Part shown: positions 22,868-33,636 of the stretch, piece by piece
How the letters are laid out: the number at the start of each line of letters is the position of its first letter
How positions within the stretch are numbered: the stretch's first letter is position 1
From: Octopus bimaculoides
Lineage: Eukaryota
Assembly: GCF_001194135.2 (NCBI RefSeq)
Contig: NC_068984.1
Location: forward strand, 612,002-666,378
Length of the DNA: 54,377 nucleotides
Direction of reading: 5' to 3'
Position numbers and translations under genes: made by a program
The notes under the pieces: generated by a model
Database searches by the model: none
Seen by the model: the letters and a program-made list of their open reading frames with translations, nothing else
Told to the model about the DNA's origin: nothing

Positions 22868-24360
22868 GGCACAGGAAGAAATACTACCAAGGGAACAAAA
22901 AGGATGTAGGAAGCGTTCTCAGGTTACCAAGAATCACCTGGTCATCGAAAAGGCAGATTTGAAGCATCGTAAAAGACATCATACAAGCATGTCTATGGAT
23001 TGGATTGACTTTAAGAAGGCATATGATATGATCCCTCATTGTTGGATCGTTGAATGCCTGCAGATGTTTGGCGTTGCTGACAACATCATAAATTTCCTGA
23101 TGCATAGCATGAAAGAGTGGAAAACCAAATTGTACTCAAGTAATGTATTCCTTGGAGAAGGTAATATTAAAAGGGGAAATCTTCCAAGGTGACTCGTTTC
23201 CTCCGTTACTTTTTGTAATTGCTTACACCCATAACAATGATACTTAGGAAAGTTAAGATGGGTTACCGATGTGGGAAGAAAGGCTCATCATTGAATCATC
23301 TTCTGTTTATGGATGACCTGAAATTGTTTGGGTAATCTAAGTAGATGATAGATTCCTTAACCAAAACAGTCCAGAAGTGTGGTAGGGATATTGGTATAGA
23401 ATCTGAGATTACCAAATGCTCAGGACTTGATATGAAAGGAGGGAAGAAAGCAGCCTGCAAAGGATTGTGGTGTAAATGCAGATGACATGATGGGCAAAGA
23501 AGAGTTTAACCAAAGAGCTGAGAAGACCTTCTTGAAATAAGAATGCATGGACAGTTTGAAAGGAATACACAAGACGTGAAGGATAATACAGCATCGTGGG
23601 CATGGCTGGAGCGGGGGGATTTGAAGCGTACCACTGAGAGCCTGATCATTGCTGCATAAGACCAGGCTCTCGCTACCAATTCAGGAGAATGTAACATCTA
23701 TAAAACTTCTGACACCCAGAAATGCAGATTCTGTGGAAAGAGTGTGGAAAATGTGACCCACTTGGTAAGTGGATGTGAGAACCTTTCACAAAAAGGATAC
23801 AAGCGTCACAGCATGAATGTGTGGGTGTATCTTCATTGGCTCTTATACCATAAATACCAATATGAAGCAACAGAGAACCGGTACGAGCATGTACCAAGTA
23901 AAGTTATGCAGGAGGATGGAACAGTAACGATACTCTGGGACTATGATTTTCAGACGCATCGTGTAATCGAACACCGTCGGCCGGATATTGTCATATTGAA
24001 TAAGAGAGACAAATACTGTCAGATCATCGATGTAGCCATACCAAATGACATGAATTTTGTGAGTAAAGAGGTTGAAAAAAATTACCAAGTACTCAGAATT
24101 GAAAGTGGAAATGGCAAGATTATGTGGAATGCGAGAGGGTAATGTAAACGTGATACCAGTGGTGATCGGAGCGTTGGGCTCAATCCCATTGAAACTTCAA
24201 AACTTTTGAAGGCAACTGGAAACCTCATGCAATATTGATGTTTTGCAAAAAGCAGCCTTATTGGGCGCAGCGCACATCTTAAGGAAAGTATTACCTGAGT
24301 GAGGTCCTTGTTGTGACTTGACAGATAACTAAAAACTGTGTTACGAAGGAGGAATAATAA
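22868..24360 (+). mobile_element. R4/Dong-type LINE, internally deleted (RT domains 2-5 joined to CCHC and RLE)
   Basis: EQKGCRK...WIDFKKAYDMIPHCW...LNHLLFMDDLKLFG, then CRFCGKSVENVTHLVSGC and ILWDYDFQTHRVIEHRRPDIV...IIDVAIP; ends in an AATAATAAAAATAA tail. Confidence 0.92.
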
Positions 24361-24365
24361 AAATA

Positions 24366-24816
24366 AGAGATAAAAAATGGTGTAGACCCAAAGTGCCGAT
24401 ACTGCAACGACGGGATAGAAATAGTGGACCACCTAATCTCTGGATGTAAGGTTTTAGCACCTGTAGAGTACAAATCAAGACATGACAGAATTGGCCAATA
24501 TCTACATTGGATAATGTGTCGACATTATAAAATCAAAACTGCTGACAAATGGTACAAGCACCACCCTGAGGCTATAACTGAGGGAGAAAATGCAACTATT
24601 CTTTGGGACTACCCAGTATGTAGTTATAGGACCATCAAGGCAAATAAACCAGATATTGCTGAGAAAGACAAAAACAATAACGTCTGCTTATTGATTGACA
24701 TGAGCATACCCTGGGACCGTAATATATTGGCAAAAAAATTTGATAAGCTCAGAAAATATAAATATCTGCTAATCGAAATCGAAAAGATGTGGCATCTCAA
24801 GACGGTTAAAATACCA
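24366..24816 (+). mobile_element. R4/Dong-type LINE fragment (CCHC and RLE)
   Basis: PKCRYCNDGIEIVDHLISGC...ILWDYPV...NKPDI...LLIDMSIP; same subfamily as 27850-28530. Confidence 0.9.
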
Positions 24817-25280
24817 AAAACTGATGACACAAAAAATCCACAGAACTACTGACCAATGACATGTCTCAACACCACCTTCAAGATCTTCACACCCATATTA
24901 ACTGGCAGAAGATACGCTTTCCTTGAACAGAGATCTATCCTTCCACAAACTCAAAAAGGTTGTAAAAAAGAATTCTTATGGATGCAATGATCAATTACTC
25001 ATAAACAAAACTATTGTAGAGAACTGCTGGAGCAAAACGAAGAACCTAAGTATGACATGAATAGACTAGAGGAAAGCGTTTGGTAGTGTCCCACGTAATT
25101 GGGTACTGAAGGCCCTTCAGATATACAAGATCTCTCCTGTCGTCTTCATGTTCTTATAAAGTAGCATGGCCAAGAGAAATACACGTCTCCTAAACCATAG
25201 AAATGGCATAAGTTAATCTGATATCAACATCAAATGAGATATCTTTCAAGGTGACTCCCTCTCCCCATTACTCTTTTGAC
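24811..25280 (+). mobile_element. R4/Dong-type LINE RT fragment (domains 1-4)
   Basis: KNPQNY*PMTCLNTTFKIFT...QKGCK...DQLLINK...KAFGSVP...DIFQGDSLSPLLF. Confidence 0.9.
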
Positions 25281-25820
25281 CTTTTCTTCGCATTTGTACA
25301 AGTTGGCCCTAAGTCTCACCCAGAAACTTCAAGAGACAAGTTAGAAGTTCATGTTGGTGTTATGCCAGAGATTACATAGACAGTATTTTACGTAGGATAT
25401 GGGCAGTTCTCATGAGCACTATCTTTTGAATTTCTGCCATTTGGGGGTTCCTTGGTATCTGAGCTAGGTTGCAATCATCCCTTTTTGCTATCATTACTAG
25501 GGTACCTTTGACTACAGCTATTTTTATAGTTTTCAGGTTCCACATTTTGCCAATTTCTATTTCAAGATCTTTATATTTGCTCAGCTTTTGGTAGGTCTTG
25601 ACAGATACGTTTATATCGATTGGGACAGTCATATCAATGAGGAGGCATGACTTTTGTCTAAAGTCTTTCAATATAATGTCTGGCCTATTTGCATCTATCT
25701 TTCTCTCAGTTTGAATTGTGAAGTTCCAGAGGAGTGAGATGTGATCATTTTCAAGCACTGGAGGTGGTTTGTGTTCCCACCAGTTTTTATCATGTGGCAG
25801 GTCTAGGTTTTTGTAAATTA
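25279..25820 (-). mobile_element. 5'-truncated R4/Dong-type LINE (RLE and 3' UTR), same subfamily as 17291-18063
   Basis: ORF track 25372-25974 contains LLWNFTIQTERKIDANRPDIILKD...LLIDMTVP...TAHILRKILSM*. Confidence 0.92.
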
Positions 25821-25869
25821 CTATTATTCTTATTATATTATTATTATTGTTGTTGTTATTATTATTATT

Positions 25870-26390
25870 GAGTGAGAGGGCAGTGCATGACATCAAAGTG
25901 ACACTGGAGTAAAATATACGAAGCCCAGTATACCCATCATGACTACCTGTCTGATAAGGGTACACCAGGCACATGCATTACAACCATATGTGCGCGACAT
26001 GGTGATCTCATATCAAGATAAACAGCGCATGGCCTTGCAGGTGGGGCCCAGTTAGAATGTTCTTCAGGTCAAAACGTCCTTGAATAAGGCTTAAGGATAT
26101 TGAACAAAACACCATTGTTTCCAGAAGTGAATTATGCAAACCCCTAAGAATTCCCCCTCAACTCACGGTCATGATGTTACCCCACTACTTCTGCTCGTGC
26201 TCAGAGGTGCACATATCGTCAGCCACCAAGGGACAGGTTCCACTAGTTAAGGTCAAATAACTGACTAGTAAATATGTGGTATTGAGCAGAATATTTATTG
26301 TAGTCCATCTTTTATAACAACACAAAACAATGTACACGATACTACTTTCAATCAGTTAAGATCAGAAGACACGAGAGCCACTGTCTGATT
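25870..26390 (-). mobile_element. Interspersed repeat flanked by (TAA)n on both sides, probably a long LINE 3' UTR
   Basis: Non-coding; ends CTCTCACTC-AATAATAAT on minus and is bounded by TAA arrays at 25821-25869 and 26389-26418. Confidence 0.55.
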
Positions 26391-26419
26391 ATTATTATTA
26401 TTATTATTATTATTATTTT

Positions 26420-26740
26420 ACTTCTCAGAGCTCTCGATCTTACTTTGGTTAACTGTGCCTCTGGACAGCATCTCTTTCCACAAATTTTAAGACTTGCTAC
26501 TTCGGTTTCAAGTATCAAGTCTATTTCATTTTCTCAGCCATATGACTCCAACTTTGTTAGTACTCCGAATTCCCCTACAACTCCTGGCACGACAGTTCCT
26601 CTCTTCGGTGCTCCCATTCTTGCAATGTTTCCACTTCTTTGTCACCTGCGCTCGTATCCCTTGGTATGATAACATCTATGATTTTAATTTCATTTTCCTT
26701 TTATCTACCGACTCGATACTTTCCACCTCTTGTAGCTTCA
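26420..26740 (-). mobile_element. Degraded R4/Dong-type LINE RLE 3' end
   Basis: IIDVIIPRDTSAGDKEVE...VVPGVVG resembles IIDVAIPxD...EKxEKY...VVPVVIG; (TAA)n tail follows. Confidence 0.65.
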
Positions 26741-27710
26741 CAACACCCTTAAGGAGGTGGCACAGCACAGGTTAAGAAGCACTGAACTTCATCTTTCATT
26801 TGTTAAAAATCGATGTGTGACCCATTTCTCAATGCATCTGTCTTGTGTGTAAACATATCTTTCATGCAAGTTTATGTATAATCTTACTTCTATTTCCTGT
26901 AAACATCTTTTACACATGTAGATATAAACAGCTATTCTTATGCGAATACTTGTATATGTGGGGTGTAGTTAGGTAGTTGGGTAGGTAAGAAGGAATATAT
27001 AGTAATTGGTGGGTGTATATGTAGGCAGATTGTGCAAGCTAACAAACGACGAACATAAATTGAAAAATCATAAAAAATAAAATCAAAGAGTAACAGCGTA
27101 GAATATAATTATTTCGACTATATTTAGACGTTCGATTTTCAAAAATAAGTTTAAGAAAATTCTATTTGCATTTAGTTAGCAAGTGAAAGAAGGAAAATAA
27201 ATATATTGCTAAATACAACAGGAAAAGTTCTCTAATATATAAAAATCAAGTGACAAACAGGCGTCAACCAAAGATAAATTAGTGGAATGCTTTTATGACA
27301 AACAACAACGGAATCACTTCCTTCAACAACTTTCTGGTTTTGTTTTTGGTTTTCATCTTTGGCTTTTCGTTAGTTCTTAGCTTTCGAAATGTATTGCGGT
27401 GAATTAAAGTGTTTAAGAAAATTGCCTAACGTTGCCATAACCTGTAATTAAGAAACGTTGATAATTTCTTGTTTCACACAATCCGTTTATATCTTTCGAA
27501 GTTAGTGCTTCTCCTATAGCTTTGAAATTTTGTTTCTGTTTTCGTCTGATATATTTTCCCAACGTTAAGCAACAAATGAGAGATAAAAGGGAGTGCGGTG
27601 TTGATTTTGGACTGATTCAAGAAAACATTTGCTACAACATGAAACTCAAATTCAATTCTGCACTATGCATTCATAATGTGTGTGTGTGTATATATTGTAT
27701 ACACACACGT

Positions 27711-27757
<47 letters not shown>

Positions 27758-27849
27758 CTGACAGAAATAATAATAATAATGGTCTCTGATTTAAACACAA
27801 TATTAAATACGGGTAAAATTCCGCTAAGCATTCTGACCGACTTGCTAAT

Positions 27850-28530
27850 GTTTCGACCAACTCGCTGCTTTAAGGATTGCACAGCAAATATGTGGCCCGT
27901 AGCAAACCAGATGTTGACCAGAAGCACACCCATCAGAGGCTACGTAGCTCAGGGTTAAAGACAGAGAGCAAAGGCTTCAGCTTAGTTACTGCTAAGTCAA
28001 AGAGATGAAAAAATGGAGTAGACCCTAAAGTGCCCATTCTGCAACGATGGGATTGAAACTAAAGCACCGAATATCTGGATGTAAAGTAGTAGCACCACTG
28101 AAATATGAATCGAGACATAACAGAGTTTGGCCAATATCTACACTGGTTAATGTGTCGACAGCATTATGAAATCAAAACTGCTGAGAAATGGTATAAGCAC
28201 CATCCTGCGGCAGTTACTGAGGGAGAAAATGTAACGATTTCTTTAGACTTTCCAGTACATACAAACAAAATCATGAAAGCTAATAAACCAGACATTATTG
28301 TGAAAGAAGACAATAAAGTTTATTGATTGACATGAGCATACCTCGAGATCATAATATCTCGGCAAAAGAATTTGACAGGTTCAGAAAATATAATGATCTG
28401 CTGACTGAAATCGAAAAGATGTGGCATCTCAAGATGGTTACAATACCAGTGATTGTAGGAGCACTTGGAATGATCAAAAAAGGAACTGAAAATTATTTAA
28501 GAGTGATCCCTGGCTTACCATCCATGCACA
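27850..28530 (+). mobile_element. R4/Dong-type LINE fragment (CCHC and RLE), 3' end replaced by SINEs
   Basis: LHWLMCRQHY...NKPDIIVKED...IDMSIPRDHNISAKEFD...TIPVIVGALG. It is preceded by a short family-A SINE head remnant at about 27790-27873. Confidence 0.88.
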
Positions 28531-29113
28531 AGGCTTGAAATTTTGCGGGAGGGGATGAGTTGATTACATCGACCTCAGTGCGTAACTGGTACTTATGTAA
28601 TCGACCCCGAAAGAATGAAAGGCAAAGTTGACCTCGGTGGAATTCGAACTCAGAGCGTAGCGGTAGACGAAATACCGGTAAGCATTTCACCCGGCGGGCT
28701 AACGATCCTGCCAGCTCACCGCCTTAACAATCCTTTCTACTAAATGCACAAGGCCTGAAATTTTTGGGGAAGAGACTAGTCTATTACATCGACCTCAGTA
28801 TTTAATCTATCGACCCCGAAAGGATGAAAGGCAAAGTCGACCTCAGAATTTGAACTCAGAACGTAAAGATGGACAAAATACCTATTTCTTTATTGCCTAC
28901 AAGGGGCTACACACAGAGGGGACAAACAAGGACAGACAAACGGATTAAGTCGATTATATCGACCCAGTGCGTAACTGGTACTTAATTTATCGACCCCGAA
29001 AGGATGAAAGGCAAAGTCGACCTCGGCGGAATTTGAACTCAGAACGCAGTGGCAGACAAAATACCGCTAAGCATTTTGCCCGGCGTGCGAAAAATTCTTC
29101 CAGTTTACGCCTT
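28526..29113 (-). mobile_element. Tandem trimer of family-A tRNA-derived SINEs (28526-28725, 28731-28882, 28883-29113)
   Basis: Each carries ATCGACCCCGAAAGGATGAAAGGCAAAGTCGACCTC and a box-B-like GTTC(A/G)AATTC on minus. The core resembles the Meta/MESC SINE domain as I recall it. Confidence 0.9.
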
Positions 29114-29159
29114 AATAACAATAATAATAACAATGATAATAATAATAATTCCGAGTTAT

Positions 29160-29361
29160 ATAGTCTCCTAGACCCGGTTTCCCTGTTGTATATATTGGCA
29201 AGATGTAGAGGATGCGGCTCTGTTGCAAGATTACTCAACAGGATTTTTGAGTGAGATGAGTGGACGAGTGCAACGTGAAATAACATAACGCGTCGTTCGG
29301 TCCAGAAACCGAAGCCATAATCTTTGGTTCATGAATCTAACACCCTAACCACTAAGCCAGG
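29160..29361 (-). mobile_element. tRNA-derived SINE, family B
   Basis: CACCCTAACCACTAAGCC head and GAGTGCAACGTGAAATAAC core in reverse complement. Confidence 0.7.
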
Positions 29362-31795
29362 CTCCTCTTCTGGCTAATAAGAGAGATAAATATAATAATC
29401 ATACTAATAAACTCACCGCCACCACTAGAAATCAATTACAAAACAAAAACGTGTCTTGGAAACACTATTTTATAAGAAACTGATTCTAAAATTTAAAAGA
29501 AGTGCGTGATTCTTAGTTAGTTTTGCTAAGATCTTAAAAGACGATGGTTTCTAAACGCTATGAGGCGACTTCCTCTCTCACCACACATTCATAAAGTTTA
29601 GTTAAATATGATTATAAAATCTAAAAACATTGACGCCATTTTAAAATGATTGAACACAACAGGGGTTGGTTACAAACGTGTTTAATAAGAGAAACACTAT
29701 TGGTCTGCAGCATTTCATCACGTTTGCTAATTTATTTACAGTTATTTCAGTGATGGATTGGATGATACTTTTTATGATACTAAAGTGGTATCGAAAAAAA
29801 AAAAAAAAACAATTACTCCGTTTCTTATTCAAATAACGAAGAGGTCTGTAGAAATGATGACCAATTTCTTCCAAATTCAAGAACACGTTGTATAATGTAG
29901 TTTTTAATATAAAAGAAATTTTGGGGTTGGTCACAGCTGGAACAACTTTGATCGACCAGGTGTATAGTCTAAACAACAGTAACAACAATACCATCAACCA
30001 AGAGAAACGGCAGCGGCAGAAGGAGCAGCAACAACAACAACAACATCATGCGGTGTCTTTTGTATATTTGTTGGGTCTCCTTTCCTGAATTTTTTATTGA
30101 TCAGAGAATCGAGAAAACCTCAGTGTAGTCACTGAACCTACTAGAAATAGCAACCAACTTACTATCAAATCACGACTCACAGTTTGAAAAAAAGGAATAA
30201 TGGAACATGGAAGTTTGGATATAAAGAAAGAGAAGTTAGTAACACCTTTAATTTCAGATCTGTTTAATTAGCTTGGACTTAAGAACTAAACTGCTACAAA
30301 AGAAACCTATAGTCAATCACTGGGAATGCTAGAGATAGCAGCCGAATCTTTCCCAAAACAAATCCTCTATTTTTATCGCTGCATAAGACAGTTCTAAATA
30401 CGATCTCAGAACAAAGAAAATAGAACGTTGAGCACTCCTAAACGAAGTCGATCCACTTTTCTTCTCCAGTTGGAATGGCCTTGATTCTAGTCCTGCTCCT
30501 TTGTCTAAACAAGTACAACAAAGTTAAGGAAGTCTCACAGCGAAATAATTTCGCATAACGAAATAATTGTCAAGAATTTCTCATATCTTCGTCTCACTAG
30601 CGTTGATCATGTTACATTCTATTTTACTTTCGAGCTTAGTTAATTAACGAGGAGTGAGAGTGTGTGTGTATGTATTGCGAATTAAAAGCAGCTCTAGTAA
30701 TGTAAACATCGTCGGTCGCGCATACATAGTGTAAAGGAACGTCTGCTGGGGGATAGCATCCAGAGAAAGCTCTCTACATGATGCCGAGTGTTAAAGAAAC
30801 ACCGAGTGTCCCAGTACTGGCGAGACAACTCGCCTCAAGGTGACCGAGAAGGATAGATAACAACATTTCACCATTCTTTTGGCTTATCAGTACCATTTGA
30901 TCGGATCACCTCGAAACGCAATGAATCAGTATCTACCATTCTCGATCCCTTAGGTGCGAGTTATCTCGGTGTTCTCAAACACTCGGCGTCATGTTGGGAA
31001 CTTTCCCCAGACGCCATACCACAGCAAACGGTCCTTTAAACAAAACACACACACACTTTGTATGTGCTTACATTACTGGAGTTGCTTTTAATTCGTAATT
31101 TAATTTTCTTTGGTATGCTATACGCCGCAGCACGTCAGCAAATAGACTTGACACTATTTGCATATAAGTCCCAGACCACCAGCGAATCATTTCGTTTTGT
31201 GGAGACCCGGGTACATGGTATTGATAAGCCACAATTATGACGAAATATCTGTATCTACCATTCTCGATCACTCTGTCTTGCCGGATCCGGGACACTCGGT
31301 GTTCTTTCCCAGGACGCTATTTCGCAGCAAATGAGCATTAAAAGAAAACACATAAGGGTGACTGAACAAAAGACAGAAAGTAGCACTCAATACATTTTGC
31401 TAGAAATTACATATATTCTTAACAAAACTCTACTTTCGAACCTCTGATCAGATGGACGGACCCTACATGCCCACGAAACTTTAAAGCGTGTGGAGCTGAG
31501 TCAAACTTGTTAAAAGTACCTACCTACCTTACCTACCCACCTACTTAACCTACCTTACCTACATACCTATAAACCTATTTATTTATCTGAGTATTAAAAA
31601 GCATGGCTGCGATAAAAAATTTTAGACCCCTGATTTGGTTGTTTTTGATGTGCAGTAACAATAGATGGCGGTGAGTCTTCTGACAGACTATTGACCACTC
31701 CTAAACGAAGTCAACCCACTTTTCTTCTCCAGTCAATAGTATAGAATATTCAGCTTGCATATAAAGTGGACATAAATTTAATCTTTCTTGTATAG

Positions 31796-31851
<56 letters not shown>

Positions 31852-32294
31852 CAAATAATATATGAGTATATGCATATATACGTACATGTATGTACATACT
31901 TACATCTACCTGTATATATAGATGCATATTTGGGTACAGGACGTTACAAACAAAACGTAGACAAAATGATAAACAGAGTACAGAAAACACACAGGCCACA
32001 TAGAGAACATATCCGGTGGTAGACTCTTGATTATAAACTCATGGATTCAAATCCTGGATTAAGCAGTTCGTTGTATCACTGAGCAAAACACTTTATTGCA
32101 CTCTACTCAGCTAAAAATGATCATCAACTTTTGGGGCAGCTCTCCCTCCAGATACCACATTCAGGATGTTTCACTAGGGCAAAGTAGGGAGATCCGGGTG
32201 ATTGTCTGGATCTGCTTGCAACAATATGGATCAAAAGCAATGAGTGTTGTGTGTGATGCACCAATTCAGCTTCGTGTCTGACGCCTAAACTTTC

Positions 32295-32668
32295 GCACAG
32301 GCGCGATGTGTGCCTAAGAAGTTCGTTTCCCAACCACATGCCTCTGGGTTCAGTTCTGTTGCCTGTTACTTTGGCCGAGTTTCTTCCACCATAGTTTCGA
32401 GCCGAGCAAATCCTGTGGATGGATTTGGTAGACGGAAACTGAAAGAAACCTGTTGTGTATGCATTTATATATATATATATATCTGTGTGTGTGTGTGTCC
32501 GTGTCTTCCTGTGTTTTGACATCACATGGCATCGGACCGTTGCGAAATGTTACTCTGCTTAGAAACAGGTGAAAGTTGGCGACAAGAAGGCCATCCAGCT
32601 GAAAAAGTCTGCCTTTACCAATTCCGTCTGACCAACGCAAAGAATAGAAAAGTGAACATTATAACGAC
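32295..32668 (+). mobile_element. SINE with family-C head, internal microsatellite and an alternative 3' tail
   Basis: TTCCCAACCACATG...GGTTCAGT...GGATTTGGTAGACGGAAACTGAAAGAAACC, then TA/TG repeats, then the tail GTTGGCGACAAGAAGGCCATCCAGCTG. Confidence 0.8.
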
Positions 32669-33519
32669 ACGCACGCACGCACGCACACACCAGACGCATA
32701 CACACATGTATGTATCCAGGCAGATGTCTAAAACATGCTTACTTAATGGAATCAGTTGTTGGAGTTGCATGATGCAGTAGATAAAATGTGACTGTCTTTC
32801 CATCAAGTTGTGATAGATACACACATACATCCATATATGCATAAATACATAAATACACACAAGGAGAAAGCGAGAGTTTCGGAGTGAATTAATGTACAAT
32901 AAATAATGTGATAACATAAGATAATGCCTGAGACTAAAGTACCTAGATATGCTTTCTGCATAAAAAACAAGCAGTGAAGTTGTTAATAAACGTAATATAA
33001 CGAGACTAAGAAAATATAAAAAGGAAAATTGTTCCAGTAAAATATTTGACTGTTCAATCGAGAAAAGCCACCATCTCCATAAAAAGTAACTGCGTTTACC
33101 CAAAATGCAAATAATACTGGATGCGGATATTAGGGGAAGAAAAAATTTCCGAGGATTAAAGGGTTGCATTCGGTTTAACTCGATTGAAGCCATTTTTCTT
33201 CTCGTTACACAGCTAATACACTTCGGAATGCATAACCAACACTCCCGTGTATTTCTTCTCTAGCGCTATATTTATAGGAAATCGATACGGATTAAAAAAT
33301 ATCTGTTATAGCAAAACATTGATCTTGATGTGACTAAATAATAAATATAAATATGTTGAAATTTAATAAAATGTTAAAAATAAAATAAGACAAAAAAACA
33401 ACAACAACAACGAAACATTAAATATGATATATCAGTATTAATGTTGATGTCAATATTATTATTTTTCTCGGTTTTGCCTCTCCGCATCTCTCTCTATCTC
33501 TGTATTAGTGCGTATGTGA

Positions 33520-33636
<117 letters not shown>

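Noticed and set aside
29640-29990. Possible Tc1-like end (…GATCGACCAGGTGTA-TA)
   Set aside because: No matching second TIR or transposase motif found.
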